Shown: in pieces, positions 51,819 to 61,150 of the stretch
Position numbering within the stretch: position 1 is the stretch's first letter
Layout of the letters: the number at the start of each line of letters is the position of its first letter
DNA from: Nitrosopumilus sp.
GTDB lineage: Archaea > Thermoproteota > Nitrososphaeria > Nitrososphaerales > Nitrosopumilaceae
NCBI GenBank assembly: GCA_965206745.1
Contig: OZ242220.1
Location: 1,795,079-1,859,078, forward strand
Length of the DNA stretch: 64,000 bases
Direction: 5' to 3'
Notes under the pieces: model-generated
Database searches by the model: none
Seen by the model: only the letters and a program-made list of their open reading frames with translations
Told to the model about the DNA's origin: nothing
Translations under genes and position numbers: made by a program

Positions 51819-53162
51819 GTGTCTCAGGCAGTTTTTGACAAAGATCTCTGCATAGTCTGAGCTGTCAAAATACAGGTGCCCATAGGATGCCAGGGTATTG
51901 TACTGCATCAATCCGTCCTGATGCTTCCTGATTCCCTCACCTATTTCCAGACTATAGGCAAACTTTGAATCAGAGGCAACTGAGCTTAGTTCCGAATAAT
52001 GGAACTCATGGCCATGAAAACCGTGTAACTTGTCAGAAATTGGATTTTTTGAGATTATTTTGCCTCTGGTATAGTTTAGCCTCATCTTGTCTGTCATTTT
52101 AGTTTCGGCATCAAATAGGCCAACCATTTCATATCTCTTATTTTTAGATGAGATAGACTTTGTCAGGTACATCAGCCCTCCGCATTCGGCATAAATTGGA
52201 AGGTTCTCCTCAGATAGTTTTCTTATTGATCTTTTCATGGTTTGGTTCTTTGCAAGGGCACTCCCCAAAACTTCAGGAAATCCGCCGCCGATGTAGAGTC
52301 CATCACATTCCGGAATCTTTCTGTCTTTTACAGGACTGAAAAATTTTAAACTTGCGCCTTGGCGACGCAGTGCCTCCAGATTGTCCTGATAGTAGAAATT
52401 AAACGAGGTATCAAGTGCCACTGCGATGGTGGTTTTTGTTTTCTTTTGTGCAGGTTTTGGTTTTTTGGCAAGATCGGCGGAATTTTTTGCAATCTTTACT
52501 ATTTGATCAACATCAAGGGACTTGGATATCATTCTCGAGACTTTCTGAATCTGTCTTTTGAGAGTTTCATCTTTTAATGTTGAGATCAATCCCAGATGCC
52601 TCGAAGGCATGTTCAGCAGCGGATCTTTTGGAACGGCCCCAATTATTGGAATTTTAATTTTTTTGAGGGCACTTTTGCACAAAAGCTCGTGCCTCTTGCT
52701 GCCTATCTTGTTTAGAATGATTCCAGAGATTCGAGAGTTCCTATGAAACTTTAGGAATCCAAGTGCAGTGGCGGCAATAGAGCGTGACGTCTTGCTGGCA
52801 TCTAGAACCAGCAGGACATGGGATTTTGTCAGTGATGCCACATGGTGAGTGCTGGCATAGTTTGAATCACCGCCAAATCCATCATAGTACCCCATGACGC
52901 CCTCTATTACAGAGACATCAGATCTTGAATTTGAAATAAAGCTGTTCAAAAGCTGTTGTTTGCCCATAAGCCACGCATCCAAGTTGTACGTTTGATTTTT
53001 TGAGATACTTGAGAGGTAGCCCGGATCAATGTAATCAGGTCCGACCTTGAAGGGCTGGACTGACAGGCCGTATTTTTGCAAGGCGTAAATTATTGAACAT
53101 GCAATTGAGGTCTTGCCAACTCCGCTAGTGGCACCTGCAACTACAATTCTGGGAACTCTCAA
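51807..53162 (-). CDS. cbiA: Cobyrinate a,c-diamide synthase
   Basis: SGVGKT, FKVGPDYIDP, EGVMG.YDG, SRHLGL, GGGFPE, AECGGLMYL, GHEFHYS. Confidence 0.95.
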   Translation of the reverse strand: MRVPRIVVAGATSGVGKTSIACSIIYALQKYGLSVQPFKVGPDYIDPGYLSSISKNQTYNLDAWLMGKQQLLNSFISNSRSDVSVIEGVMGYYDGFGGDSNYASTHHVASLTKSHVLLVLDASKTSRSIAATALGFLKFHRNSRISGIILNKIGSKRHELLCKSALKKIKIPIIGAVPKDPLLNMPSRHLGLISTLKDETLKRQIQKVSRMISKSLDVDQIVKIAKNSADLAKKPKPAQKKTKTTIAVALDTSFNFYYQDNLEALRRQGASLKFFSPVKDRKIPECDGLYIGGGFPEVLGSALAKNQTMKRSIRKLSEENLPIYAECGGLMYLTKSISSKNKRYEMVGLFDAETKMTDKMRLNYTRGKIISKNPISDKLHGFHGHEFHYSELSSVASDSKFAYSLEIGEGIRKHQDGLMQYNTLASYGHLYFDSSDYAEIFVKNCLRHSRR

Positions 53163-53243
53163 TTTGCATGACTAGGATCATTTTTTATTTAAATTGATAG
53201 ATTTCGTGTTCTGAGTTCTGTCTAATAATCTGGTGTTAGGCAC

Positions 53244-53276
53244 AGACATAAAATACGGATCTTCTCTGAATTGAAA
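53244..53276 (+). repeat. Dispersed repeat copy A (core AAATACGGATCTT at 53251-53263)
   Basis: AGACATAAAATACGGATCTTCTCTGAATTGAAA matches the copies at about 54132 and 54206. Confidence 0.8.
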
Positions 53277-53305
53277 AGAGTCGATTATTGTGTATGATAT
53301 GAGAA

Positions 53306-53596
53306 TCAAGTAAAAAAAGACCGAAGTTGCTTCATAACACCACTAATACTCAAGCCAGCTATTATGGCAACTATTACTATATTATCAAGCATCAACGTAT
53401 CTGTACCAACTAATACTGCAAAAATCATAATTGCAAAAATAGAGACTAACACCAATACAAATGATTTAACATCTTTAGATTTTTGATATCCTAACTCCAT
53501 TTGCCTAATCTTGATATCTTCATCTGTATCTCCTTTATGTTTATCAGATGGGATGTCCGGAGAGCGTATATCATCATTGTCTCTGCTGTTCGGCAT
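53306..53596 (-). CDS. Small two-TM membrane protein, candidate PanT toxin
   Basis: Charged N-terminal half plus two hydrophobic helices; overlaps the 3' end of the Panacea gene by 23 nt. Confidence 0.65.
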   Translation of the reverse strand: MPNSRDNDDIRSPDIPSDKHKGDTDEDIKIRQMELGYQKSKDVKSFVLVLVSIFAIMIFAVLVGTDTLMLDNIVIVAIIAGLSISGVMKQLRSFFT

Positions 53597-54071
53597 TACA
53601 TAACTCCGTATAATGTTCCTTAATCACTTCATTAGGAATCTCTACAAATTTTTTGCCTTTTTTGTAATATCTAGACCAAGGCGTATCTTTCTTATGTGTG
53701 ATATATGATAAATATGTTCCATCTTTGTTCCCATATTGCTCAATTACACGATCCATGATTGAGCGTTGCTCTGTATTAAATTCACTTTCTATTGCCTCAC
53801 GTCTATCTTTAATTTGATCACTGTTTAATTCCACAGCACAATAATACAAACTAGTGATTGGATTGCCCCTATAATCTTTAAATGCATGATAGACAGTAGG
53901 GATTACTGGTCCATGTTCCCAAGCCTCAACTTTTTCTTCTATCAAACTTTTGTTGGTTTTAGCTAATGTGTATCCATGACTTATGTATACCAATTTTATG
54001 ATGTGTAGCGGAGTTAAAGAGATATCAGAATGAGACAAAATATAATCTGCTACCATTAGACCAGATGACAT
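53574..54071 (-). CDS. Panacea-domain antitoxin (DUF4065/SocA/GepA)
   Basis: VADYIL, LTPL.IIKLVY..HG, EAW.HGPVIP.VY..FK, V...YG...G..LS..TH....PW. Confidence 0.9.
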   Translation of the reverse strand: MSSGLMVADYILSHSDISLTPLHIIKLVYISHGYTLAKTNKSLIEEKVEAWEHGPVIPTVYHAFKDYRGNPITSLYYCAVELNSDQIKDRREAIESEFNTEQRSIMDRVIEQYGNKDGTYLSYITHKKDTPWSRYYKKGKKFVEIPNEVIKEHYTELCNAEQQRQ

Positions 54072-54131
54072 TCAAGATGTTAAAAACATACTATCATTTA
54101 ATGCTATGGTATTATGTAATCTTGGAGATAT

Positions 54132-54283
54132 AGACATGAAATACGGATCTTATTCCGATTCAAAAAAACCCCTCTAGGATGTCAAATTACTGTGTGTTTA
54201 GCACCAAATACGGATCTTCTTTGAATTCAAAATATCTCTGACTTTGGTTAAACACCGCGATCTGATCACCATTTGTGACCAGA
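54132..54283 (+). repeat. Dispersed repeat copies B and C plus a 25-bp tail shared with 62378-62402
   Basis: AAATACGGATCTT at 54139 and 54206 (67-nt spacing); GATCTGATCACCATTTGTGACCAGA at 54259-54283. Confidence 0.8.
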
Positions 54284-54337
54284 GCACAGATTTCGGACAT
54301 TCTTAATGTTTTTAGAGAGATCTGTCGGATCAGGTTT

Positions 54338-54871
54338 ATGGAGAGTGATGGCTTGACAATTGTTTACACCGGAAAAGGAAAGGGAAAGACAACTGCCGCC
54401 CTGGGAATCGCCTTGCGTGCGGCAGGATATGAAAAGAGGACATGCATGATTCAGTTCATCAAGGGCTCGTGGCACTACGGTGAGATGGAGTCATCTAAAA
54501 GGCTCGAACCAGAGTTTGAGATGGTGGCAGTCGGCAAGGGGTTTGTGGGCATAATTGATGACAAAAGTCCAAAAGAAGATCACAGGAGAGTGGCAAGGGA
54601 GGCAGTCAGAATCAGCAATCAAAGAATCCAATCAGGGGATTACGATATCGTAATTTTAGATGAGATAAACTATGCAGTAAACCTCAACCTAATTTCAGTT
54701 GATGATGTTCTAAGCATCATAAAATCAAAACCAAAAAACGTGGATTTGGTGTTGACTGGAAATCATGCAAAAGACGAGGTCATAGAGATTGCCGACCTAG
54801 TTACAGAGATGAGGGAGATAAAACACCCGTTCCAGCAGGGAATTAAAGCAAAGAAAGGCATTGATTTCTAG
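54338..54871 (+). CDS. cobO: Cob(I)yrinic acid a,c-diamide adenosyltransferase (CobO/BtuR)
   Basis: VYTG.GKGKTTAALG, QFIKG, ILDEI, LVLTG, ADLVTEM..IKHPF..G..A.KGIDF; start placed at ATG 54338. Confidence 0.95.
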   Translation: MESDGLTIVYTGKGKGKTTAALGIALRAAGYEKRTCMIQFIKGSWHYGEMESSKRLEPEFEMVAVGKGFVGIIDDKSPKEDHRRVAREAVRISNQRIQSGDYDIVILDEINYAVNLNLISVDDVLSIIKSKPKNVDLVLTGNHAKDEVIEIADLVTEMREIKHPFQQGIKAKKGIDF

Positions 54872-54912
54872 CCAGCAAACATTAATTTACGCATAAATGA
54901 GTTTTAGAAGAA

Positions 54913-55710
54913 ATGTCCACTGAAATTCAAGAGATGCCCGAGCAGGGGGAGATTATTATTGCAACGATCACCAAGGTGATGGATCATGGGGCATATGTCA
55001 CATTAGACGAGTATGATGGCATCCAGGGGTTTTTGCACATCTCAGAGATTGCCCCGGGATGGATTAGATCAGTGAACAGGTTTGTCAGGGACGGGGAGAA
55101 GAAGGTTCTCCTTGTAAAAAAAGTGAACACCCAGCGGGGGGACATAGATCTCTCACTAAAGCAGGTTTCAAAAGATCAGAAGAAGCAAAAGCTAAAAGAA
55201 GTCAAGAAATTCGAAAAGGGCAAGACACTGCTGCAAAATGTTCAAGAGAAAACAAAATTATCAGATGAAGAGATAGAAAAATTAGAAGACAGTATCTATG
55301 CAAAGTTTGATTCAGTCTATGATGCCTTTGTATCCATCGGAAGAAATGGGATAGACTCGGCAAAGGAACTCAATCTTGCAAAAAAGACTGCCACGGTAAT
55401 TGAGGATATTTGTTCAAAAATCAAGCTTCCCTCAGTAGAAATCAGAGGAATAATGGAGATTACAAACAATCAATCAGACGGTGTAGAGATAATCAAAAAA
55501 ACATTGCTGGATATCATCAAGAAGGATTCCACTGCAGACATTACATACTTGGGTGCGCCAAAGTATAGACTGTCAATCGTCTCAGAAGATTTCAAAACCG
55601 CAGAAAGGCTACTAAAGCCAATCATTGAAGAGGTCGAGACCAACATCCAAAAGAAGAAAGGCTCCTTCAAGTTTACTAGAGAAGACTCAAAGAAGACAAG
55701 AGAAAATTAA
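54913..55710 (+). CDS. eif2a: Translation initiation factor aIF2 alpha
   Basis: S1 domain PE.GE...GAYV.LDEY..G.LHISE, IDLSLK, GAPKY. Confidence 0.95.
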   Translation: MSTEIQEMPEQGEIIIATITKVMDHGAYVTLDEYDGIQGFLHISEIAPGWIRSVNRFVRDGEKKVLLVKKVNTQRGDIDLSLKQVSKDQKKQKLKEVKKFEKGKTLLQNVQEKTKLSDEEIEKLEDSIYAKFDSVYDAFVSIGRNGIDSAKELNLAKKTATVIEDICSKIKLPSVEIRGIMEITNNQSDGVEIIKKTLLDIIKKDSTADITYLGAPKYRLSIVSEDFKTAERLLKPIIEEVETNIQKKKGSFKFTREDSKKTREN

Positions 55711-55711
55711 G

Positions 55712-55888
55712 ATGCGGTTTTTATTAAGAAAATGCTCAAAGTGCAGTCATTACACATTGAAGGAAAAATGTCCAAAGTGCGGCAATGAGACTATCTCTGT
55801 TCATCCTGCCAAATTTTCACCAGATGACAAATACATGAGATACAGGCTGGCAGAGAGATATTCAAAGAGTCAGGATGCAGGACTGTAA
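55712..55888 (+). CDS. nop10: H/ACA RNP protein Nop10
   Basis: MRFLLRKCSKC..YTLKEKCPKCG....HPAKFSPDDKY..YR, directly after aIF2a (conserved order). Confidence 0.93.
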   Translation: MRFLLRKCSKCSHYTLKEKCPKCGNETISVHPAKFSPDDKYMRYRLAERYSKSQDAGL

Positions 55889-58002
55889 TCCTTGTTGATC
55901 TCATAGATAAAAATGCCTAACACAGGCCCGGTCGTTTCTTCTGTAAAACTAGGGGAGGCATAAACCAGTCTTAACGGCCCATCGCCATCAGGGGGAAATT
56001 TGATGTCCTTTGCATAGATTCCAACCGTGCCAGGAGCATAGGTTTGTGATTGCTGGGTTGAGTTGTTTGGATTAACATAACCCAGTGGAGAAAAGGGGAA
56101 CATCTTGCCAAGCATAGTATCATTCCAAAAATGATCAGTTCCACTAATTCCATCATTATGTATGTATTTTCTTAGATCATCTCCTGCTATCTTGATAAAC
56201 CACTGTTTTTTGGACTCGTCTCCGCCCCCTCCCAGTCTGTAAAACGAGTCATCTCCAGCTAGGGCTAATTTCTCAGCCACTACAAAAACAAGAACATAGT
56301 CAGCCTGCATATCATTGAGCATGTTCCATGCCGAATCCGGGCTACTTAGGAACATTTTTGCAATATTTTCGATGATATGGGTATAGATTGTCGAATTGTC
56401 TGCCAGTGTGGCTCTCTCAGCCATTGTAGAAATCCAATAGCCATAATCCCACCAGGAAGCAATAACAGCGTCTTTGGGAGTGTTGTTCTTGATCCAATCC
56501 AATGCTTCAAGCCAGTCATCAGTGACAACAGGATATGCAGCGCCACCGTTCAAAATTGTGGGGGCCACATCAGTAAGAGAGGAGATCTCCGAACCTACAG
56601 GATAAACCATTGGAATCATCAGCAGTACGATAATGCCTGCGACGTATGGTAGTTGTATGAATTTACTAATGGATTTAGTGCGTGAATTTTCAAACAAGTC
56701 TCTTGTCAATATGGCCAAACCCAATGAAGCCAAGATTATCAGAGAGATAGACGCAAATACTTCCAACCTGATAAACGTGGCACCGACGTAAACTCCTACA
56801 ATTCCCATAATCAGTGAAAATATCAGCAGGTCATTTTTCTGTAATGTAGAATCTGTATTTTTGATATTCCTAATTACCAACCAAACGCCCAGACCTGCAA
56901 AAATCATGAATACCGAGTTAAACAGGAATGACTGTGCCAATGTTGTTGTTGCGTGTTCTGATACAGAATCTACTAGCGGATTGGTGGTAGTCAAAAATGG
57001 ATTTAGCGCATTGAGGTATCTGTGACTGGGTAAAGGCAAAAATTGAGATTCAGAGTTGATGATCATGAGGCTTGAGGCCATAACTAAAATTGCAAGTAAA
57101 AATAACAACCCATTTCGTTTTTTGTGTTTCTGACTTTTCTTTTGGATGAGAATACAGAGTATTAAAAATACCGTTGGAAGTATTAGTGAAATTCCACCCA
57201 ATCCAAAAATGAAATTAGAGCTTACACGTTCAAATCCCAAAGATGTCACTATTGTGGAAATCGTGTATAAAGGAACGGCCCATACGATGAATTTGTGATC
57301 AGTTCGCAAAAATGGCAGTGCAAGAAAGAAGAGGCCTATTGGAATGATAAAGAACTGATTTCCGCCCCAGGCAGAAAGTGAAAACGTTGTAAAAATTCCA
57401 GCACCAATCAACTTGGCAAATGCAATTTTTTTATTTTGAGAACTAATTCCACTTAATAGAAGATATATTGCTAAAAGACCAAAAAACAACCCCAAAGGTT
57501 CTGATTTGAACCATCCGATTGGACTTCGGACTAGTATTGCCAGTGAAACAGGAAACAACATGGCTGCAAACAATCCAGCCGTTGTGCCTCCAATGACCCT
57601 AACTAGTGCAAAAATGACAATGCCGGCAAAAGAGACAAAGACTGCTGGAAATAAAATTGTAAAATCATACACATCCATTCCTCCACCAAAAATCCAGTAT
57701 GTGGTGGCTGCAGTCAGGTGAAGTATCACCTGGGATGTTGCAGATATGTCCCTGCCTGTAGGATACCAGCTTAGAGAGTCATCCCATTCAAAATATGCAG
57801 GAATGCCGTTATCGACGATATACTGGGTTGCACGATAATTAAAAAAAGGATCAAATTCATTTAATTCAAAACCAGCATCAACTGGTTGGGCACGAAGAAG
57901 AAATGATACCGTAAAGGACAGACTGAGGATTCCGATGATTAAAAGATGATTAAATTTTAAATCAAAACTACCAATAGAGACAAGTTTTTTGTTTGCTAGC
58001 AA
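55870..58002 (-). CDS. aglB: Oligosaccharyltransferase AglB (STT3)
   Basis: EFDPFF, WYP.GR, SVSEH, WWDYGYWI, DN.T; multiple TM helices. Confidence 0.95.
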   Translation of the reverse strand: MLANKKLVSIGSFDLKFNHLLIIGILSLSFTVSFLLRAQPVDAGFELNEFDPFFNYRATQYIVDNGIPAYFEWDDSLSWYPTGRDISATSQVILHLTAATTYWIFGGGMDVYDFTILFPAVFVSFAGIVIFALVRVIGGTTAGLFAAMLFPVSLAILVRSPIGWFKSEPLGLFFGLLAIYLLLSGISSQNKKIAFAKLIGAGIFTTFSLSAWGGNQFFIIPIGLFFLALPFLRTDHKFIVWAVPLYTISTIVTSLGFERVSSNFIFGLGGISLILPTVFLILCILIQKKSQKHKKRNGLLFLLAILVMASSLMIINSESQFLPLPSHRYLNALNPFLTTTNPLVDSVSEHATTTLAQSFLFNSVFMIFAGLGVWLVIRNIKNTDSTLQKNDLLIFSLIMGIVGVYVGATFIRLEVFASISLIILASLGLAILTRDLFENSRTKSISKFIQLPYVAGIIVLLMIPMVYPVGSEISSLTDVAPTILNGGAAYPVVTDDWLEALDWIKNNTPKDAVIASWWDYGYWISTMAERATLADNSTIYTHIIENIAKMFLSSPDSAWNMLNDMQADYVLVFVVAEKLALAGDDSFYRLGGGGDESKKQWFIKIAGDDLRKYIHNDGISGTDHFWNDTMLGKMFPFSPLGYVNPNNSTQQSQTYAPGTVGIYAKDIKFPPDGDGPLRLVYASPSFTEETTGPVLGIFIYEINKDYSPAS

Positions 58003-58058
58003 TTTGTATTTTTTAAAAAATCTTTGCTTATTATTCTTTGTATAAGGGATTGCGCCGA

Positions 58059-58511
58059 TTAGGGGGCATATCTTCCTGTAAGGGCAGATTCCTCAATGAT
58101 GTGGTTTCTCATCTCTAGTTCAATCTCTTTTTTCGTTGAGCCTTTGTCGGCAGATAACTTTTGATCTAACGCATAGAGCTTGAAGACATACGTATGCTCC
58201 CTGTCAGGAGGCGCAGGTCCGCCATAGCCAATTTCGCCAAAATCAGTCTCCCCCTGCATGCAATTTGGGGGGATGGAATTTTCTTGAAATTGGGGATTCT
58301 GGGGATCTATATTCCAAACTACCCAGTGCACCCAAACTTTTCCAACTGCACCGACTGCATCAGGATCATCCATAATCAGGGCAAGCGAGACAGTGTTCTT
58401 GGGAATCTGACTTGTTTGCAGAGGCGGACTGACGTTTCCGTGTTTGTATCCGTATTTTTTTGGGATGACTCCGCCATCTTCAAATGCCTTGCTCTCCAAA
58501 ATTAGGGCCAT
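58059..58511 (-). CDS. YbhB/YbcL (PEBP/Raf kinase inhibitor-like) protein
   Basis: SPPL, MDDPDA, WVHWVVWNI, GY.GP.PP, H.Y.F.LYALD. Confidence 0.92.
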   Translation of the reverse strand: MALILESKAFEDGGVIPKKYGYKHGNVSPPLQTSQIPKNTVSLALIMDDPDAVGAVGKVWVHWVVWNIDPQNPQFQENSIPPNCMQGETDFGEIGYGGPAPPDREHTYVFKLYALDQKLSADKGSTKKEIELEMRNHIIEESALTGRYAP

Positions 58512-58545
58512 ACCATAACGTAAGGCAGCTCAAAGTTAAATATTT

Positions 58546-58914
58546 CTAAGATTCTAAAACAATTTTGTCGTTTGAAACCGATATTATCGAACTGCCACTG
58601 TTTTTGATCTGTTTTTTCAGCTCCCTGTCCATCGTGGCCACGATTACTCTGTTTTTTGATGCATAGTCAAGCAGCTCCTTGTCCGCAAAGGAGCCGGATA
58701 TGGGAATTACTTTAAAATTTTTGATGTAATTTAGGGTCGATTGTATATCTGGTTTCTTCTCCGGTCTTTTTTCCAACTCAAGCAGTTCGTTTTTTACGAC
58801 TTGGGGTACAACAAAACTGAGCCGGCCTATCTCTACATCCAAATTATCTAAATTCCTGATTCTGTGTGTAGCTAGGTGAATCAGAAAGTTTGTGTCACAG
58901 ATTACTTCAACCAA
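58546..58914 (-). CDS. PIN-domain protein (Fcf1/Utp24-like)
   Basis: DTNFL, V..EL, AD, VATMD.EL; coupled to aIF2g as in most archaea. Confidence 0.88.
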   Translation of the reverse strand: MVEVICDTNFLIHLATHRIRNLDNLDVEIGRLSFVVPQVVKNELLELEKRPEKKPDIQSTLNYIKNFKVIPISGSFADKELLDYASKNRVIVATMDRELKKQIKNSGSSIISVSNDKIVLES

Positions 58915-60169
58915 CTATTCCTGCACCGATTAGTCTCCATCTTTCAGCAATCCTTCTGCTGATGGCAACGTTGCCACCCTCGAAGATGCATGCAGGTCTC
59001 CTGAGCTCAATCTCAATGTTTTTGGACTTGATCTTGGTAACTTTTCCTAATACCGGAGCGGTTCCAATGTTGAGTCGGAGCAGTTCGCCAGATGAGATTG
59101 GCTGTACCTTGATGTCTTCAGTTATACCAACAGCAGAATCAAACAGGCTCACTTCCAACTTTAACAAGGTGGAATTGTCAGGAAGTGTGCCGGGTTTGCC
59201 AATGACTGAGCCGATAAACGAATCACTTCTGGTCATTGAGGGGTCTAATTTTGTTCCAATGGCCACCAGGCCACCAGGCTTTACTGATTCGACGATTCCT
59301 GCAGCGGTTCCCAGCGAAGTGATTTCTGTCAACAGGGGCTCGTATGTTTTTTTCTTTTCGTTGATAATGCCAGGCTTGATTTCAATTTCATCACCAATAT
59401 TGAAGATTCCCTGAGTGAGGCTTCCGCCGATGACGCCGCCTTTGATATCCTTTAATTTTATTCCAGGCTTGTTAACATCAAAGGAACGCAGAACGTGCAT
59501 TACCGTGTCAGCCTTCTCATCCCTTTTTGGCGTTTTGATTGTAGATTCAATGGCGCCAATTAGCGCATCAATGTTTAATTTGGATTGTGCAGAGATCGGA
59601 ATTACGGGAGCCTTTGCAGCATAGGTTCCCTTGACAAATTTTGCAATATCTTGATAATTTGCAAGTGCCTCTTCATAAGATAACAGATCAACTTTGTTCT
59701 GGACCACAACAATCTGCTGAATTCCAAGGGTTTGAAGTGCCAACAGGTGTTCTTTTGTTTGCGGCTTGGGAACTTTTTCATTTGCCGCAGCCAACAATAA
59801 TGCGCCATCCATCAGTGCAGAGCCTGAAAGCATGTTTGCCATCAGGCTTTCGTGTCCAGGACTATCCACAAAGCTGACAACTCTGGATAGCTCACTTTCT
59901 TGCCCGCAGTTGTTGCATTTTGGAGTAGTAGAGTATCCCAGAGGTTCTTCACATTTCTTGCATTTGTAAAATGCCGCATCAGAGTAGCCTACACGGATTG
60001 TAATTCCACGTTTAAGCTCTTGACTATGTACGCTTGTCCACGAACCAGTTAAAGCTTGAATCAGAGTGGTTTTTCCATGATCCACGTGGCCGGCCGTACC
60101 AATGTTGACACATGGTTGATAGCCGTATTCTTTGGTGTACCAATCAGGAAGGGTTTCTCTCCAATGCAT
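58907..60169 (-). CDS. eif2g: Translation initiation factor aIF2 gamma
   Basis: QP.VNIG.AGHVDHGKTT, RGITI, zinc ribbon, DSPGHE, QNKVD, WRLIG.G. Confidence 0.97.
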   Translation of the reverse strand: MHWRETLPDWYTKEYGYQPCVNIGTAGHVDHGKTTLIQALTGSWTSVHSQELKRGITIRVGYSDAAFYKCKKCEEPLGYSTTPKCNNCGQESELSRVVSFVDSPGHESLMANMLSGSALMDGALLLAAANEKVPKPQTKEHLLALQTLGIQQIVVVQNKVDLLSYEEALANYQDIAKFVKGTYAAKAPVIPISAQSKLNIDALIGAIESTIKTPKRDEKADTVMHVLRSFDVNKPGIKLKDIKGGVIGGSLTQGIFNIGDEIEIKPGIINEKKKTYEPLLTEITSLGTAAGIVESVKPGGLVAIGTKLDPSMTRSDSFIGSVIGKPGTLPDNSTLLKLEVSLFDSAVGITEDIKVQPISSGELLRLNIGTAPVLGKVTKIKSKNIEIELRRPACIFEGGNVAISRRIAERWRLIGAGIVG

Positions 60170-60200
60170 GTGTCAAAAAGTAAAATCGGTATATGTTAAG

Positions 60201-60596
60201 TTATTCTTTTTTATCTTCAGTCTTTTCTTCTGTTGCTGCAGGAGCTTCAACTGGTAATTCTCCATCAAATTTACAGTTTACTTGGTATATTTCTTCAGAG
60301 ACTGTATCCCCTCGCATTAGTTTTCTTTTTCGCTCTCCATATTCAGCATCTTGTAAACCAACGCCCTTGACAAGCAAGACCCGCTTCCTTGCCGCACCAT
60401 GAAGATCATTTCTCATTGGAACTCCAGATTTGTCACTGCCTCCGGTAAGTGTTAACTTTCCAGTCAGCCCTGCAATTGATGCGTCAGTTTCATTTCCCAA
60501 CTGCAGCCCCAGCAATGGATTGGCGTCACTTTCTTTGAGTTCTTTTGAAATGGATCTGCCTTTGATGTCAGAGATTGTAAGTTTGAAATTTGCCAA
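60201..60596 (-). CDS. rps6e: 30S ribosomal protein S6e
   Basis: FKL.ISD, TGGSDKSG.PM, GER.RK..RG, QVN. Confidence 0.95.
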   Translation of the reverse strand: MANFKLTISDIKGRSISKELKESDANPLLGLQLGNETDASIAGLTGKLTLTGGSDKSGVPMRNDLHGAARKRVLLVKGVGLQDAEYGERKRKLMRGDTVSEEIYQVNCKFDGELPVEAPAATEEKTEDKKE

Positions 60597-60670
60597 TTAT
60601 TCCAAAAAAAAGTTGAACGACTAATTAACCTTTGGACATTATTTTTAAAACAGGATTGGCAAAGATAGGC

Positions 60671-60793
60671 ATGGCAGAAGAGATCAGATGTCCAAGATGC
60701 GATAAGAAGATGGTGGACATGCAAGCATGTCATATGTTTTGTCCAAACTGTGGAGCTCATTTAGATTGTTCAGATAAAGGGAGTTACTGGTAA
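60671..60793 (+). CDS. Small CPxCG-type zinc finger protein (40 aa)
   Basis: Manual translation MAEEIRCPRCDKKMVDMQACHMFCPNCGAHLDCSDKGSYW; TTTTTAAA TATA-like box about 25 nt upstream. Confidence 0.8.
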   Translation: MAEEIRCPRCDKKMVDMQACHMFCPNCGAHLDCSDKGSYW

Positions 60794-60967
60794 CTAAATT
60801 CCAGGCCTGTCTGGAATATAGTCAGATGACATGTTGATTGCCTGATCTTTCATGATTTCAAGATAGGTTTCATAATCTGCCTCAAAGTTACAATGGGGGC
60901 ATTTTACACTAGTGACATCATCGTCTAGTACCGCAACTTTTTCACATTCAGGGCATCTTGCATCCAT
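60794..60967 (-). CDS. Small zinc-ribbon protein (57 aa)
   Basis: Manual translation MDARCPECEKVAVLDDDVTSVKCPHCNFEADYETYLEIMKDQAINMSSDYIPDRPGI; TTAAATA box about 25 nt upstream; stop abuts the convergent gene. Confidence 0.8.
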   Translation of the reverse strand: MDARCPECEKVAVLDDDVTSVKCPHCNFEADYETYLEIMKDQAINMSSDYIPDRPGI

Positions 60968-61005
60968 GCTTTGAGTTAGCAGTCAAGATATTTAATCATA
61001 GTTGA

Positions 61006-61142
61006 TCACTGCACTGCTTAATTGAGTGAGGGTTTCACTCGTCTGTAAAGTTAGAGTGGTTTCAGTACATTCTCCATATGTGGGATGACTAGGATATACA
61101 TAGAGACAGGTAGAAAACCTCACCTATTGTACAGCTGAGTGA
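61006..61142. mobile_element. MITE-like element with imperfect terminal inverted repeats
   Basis: Left end TCACTGCACTGCTTAATTGAGTGAGGGTTTC versus reverse complement of right end TCACTCAGCTGTACAATAGGTGAGGTTTTC; non-coding, 137 bp. Confidence 0.5.
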
Positions 61143-61150
61143 AAACATTA

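Noticed and set aside
53163-54337. Cobalamin riboswitch upstream of cbiA or cobO
   Set aside because: No B12-box or GGGAA/GCCACTG motifs seen
54275-54337. N-terminal extension of CobO from GTG 54275
   Set aside because: Start falls inside the dispersed repeat; homology begins at MESDG (54338)
58546-58914. PIN protein as a VapC toxin
   Set aside because: No antitoxin partner; rps6e-aIF2g-PIN is the conserved archaeal housekeeping arrangement
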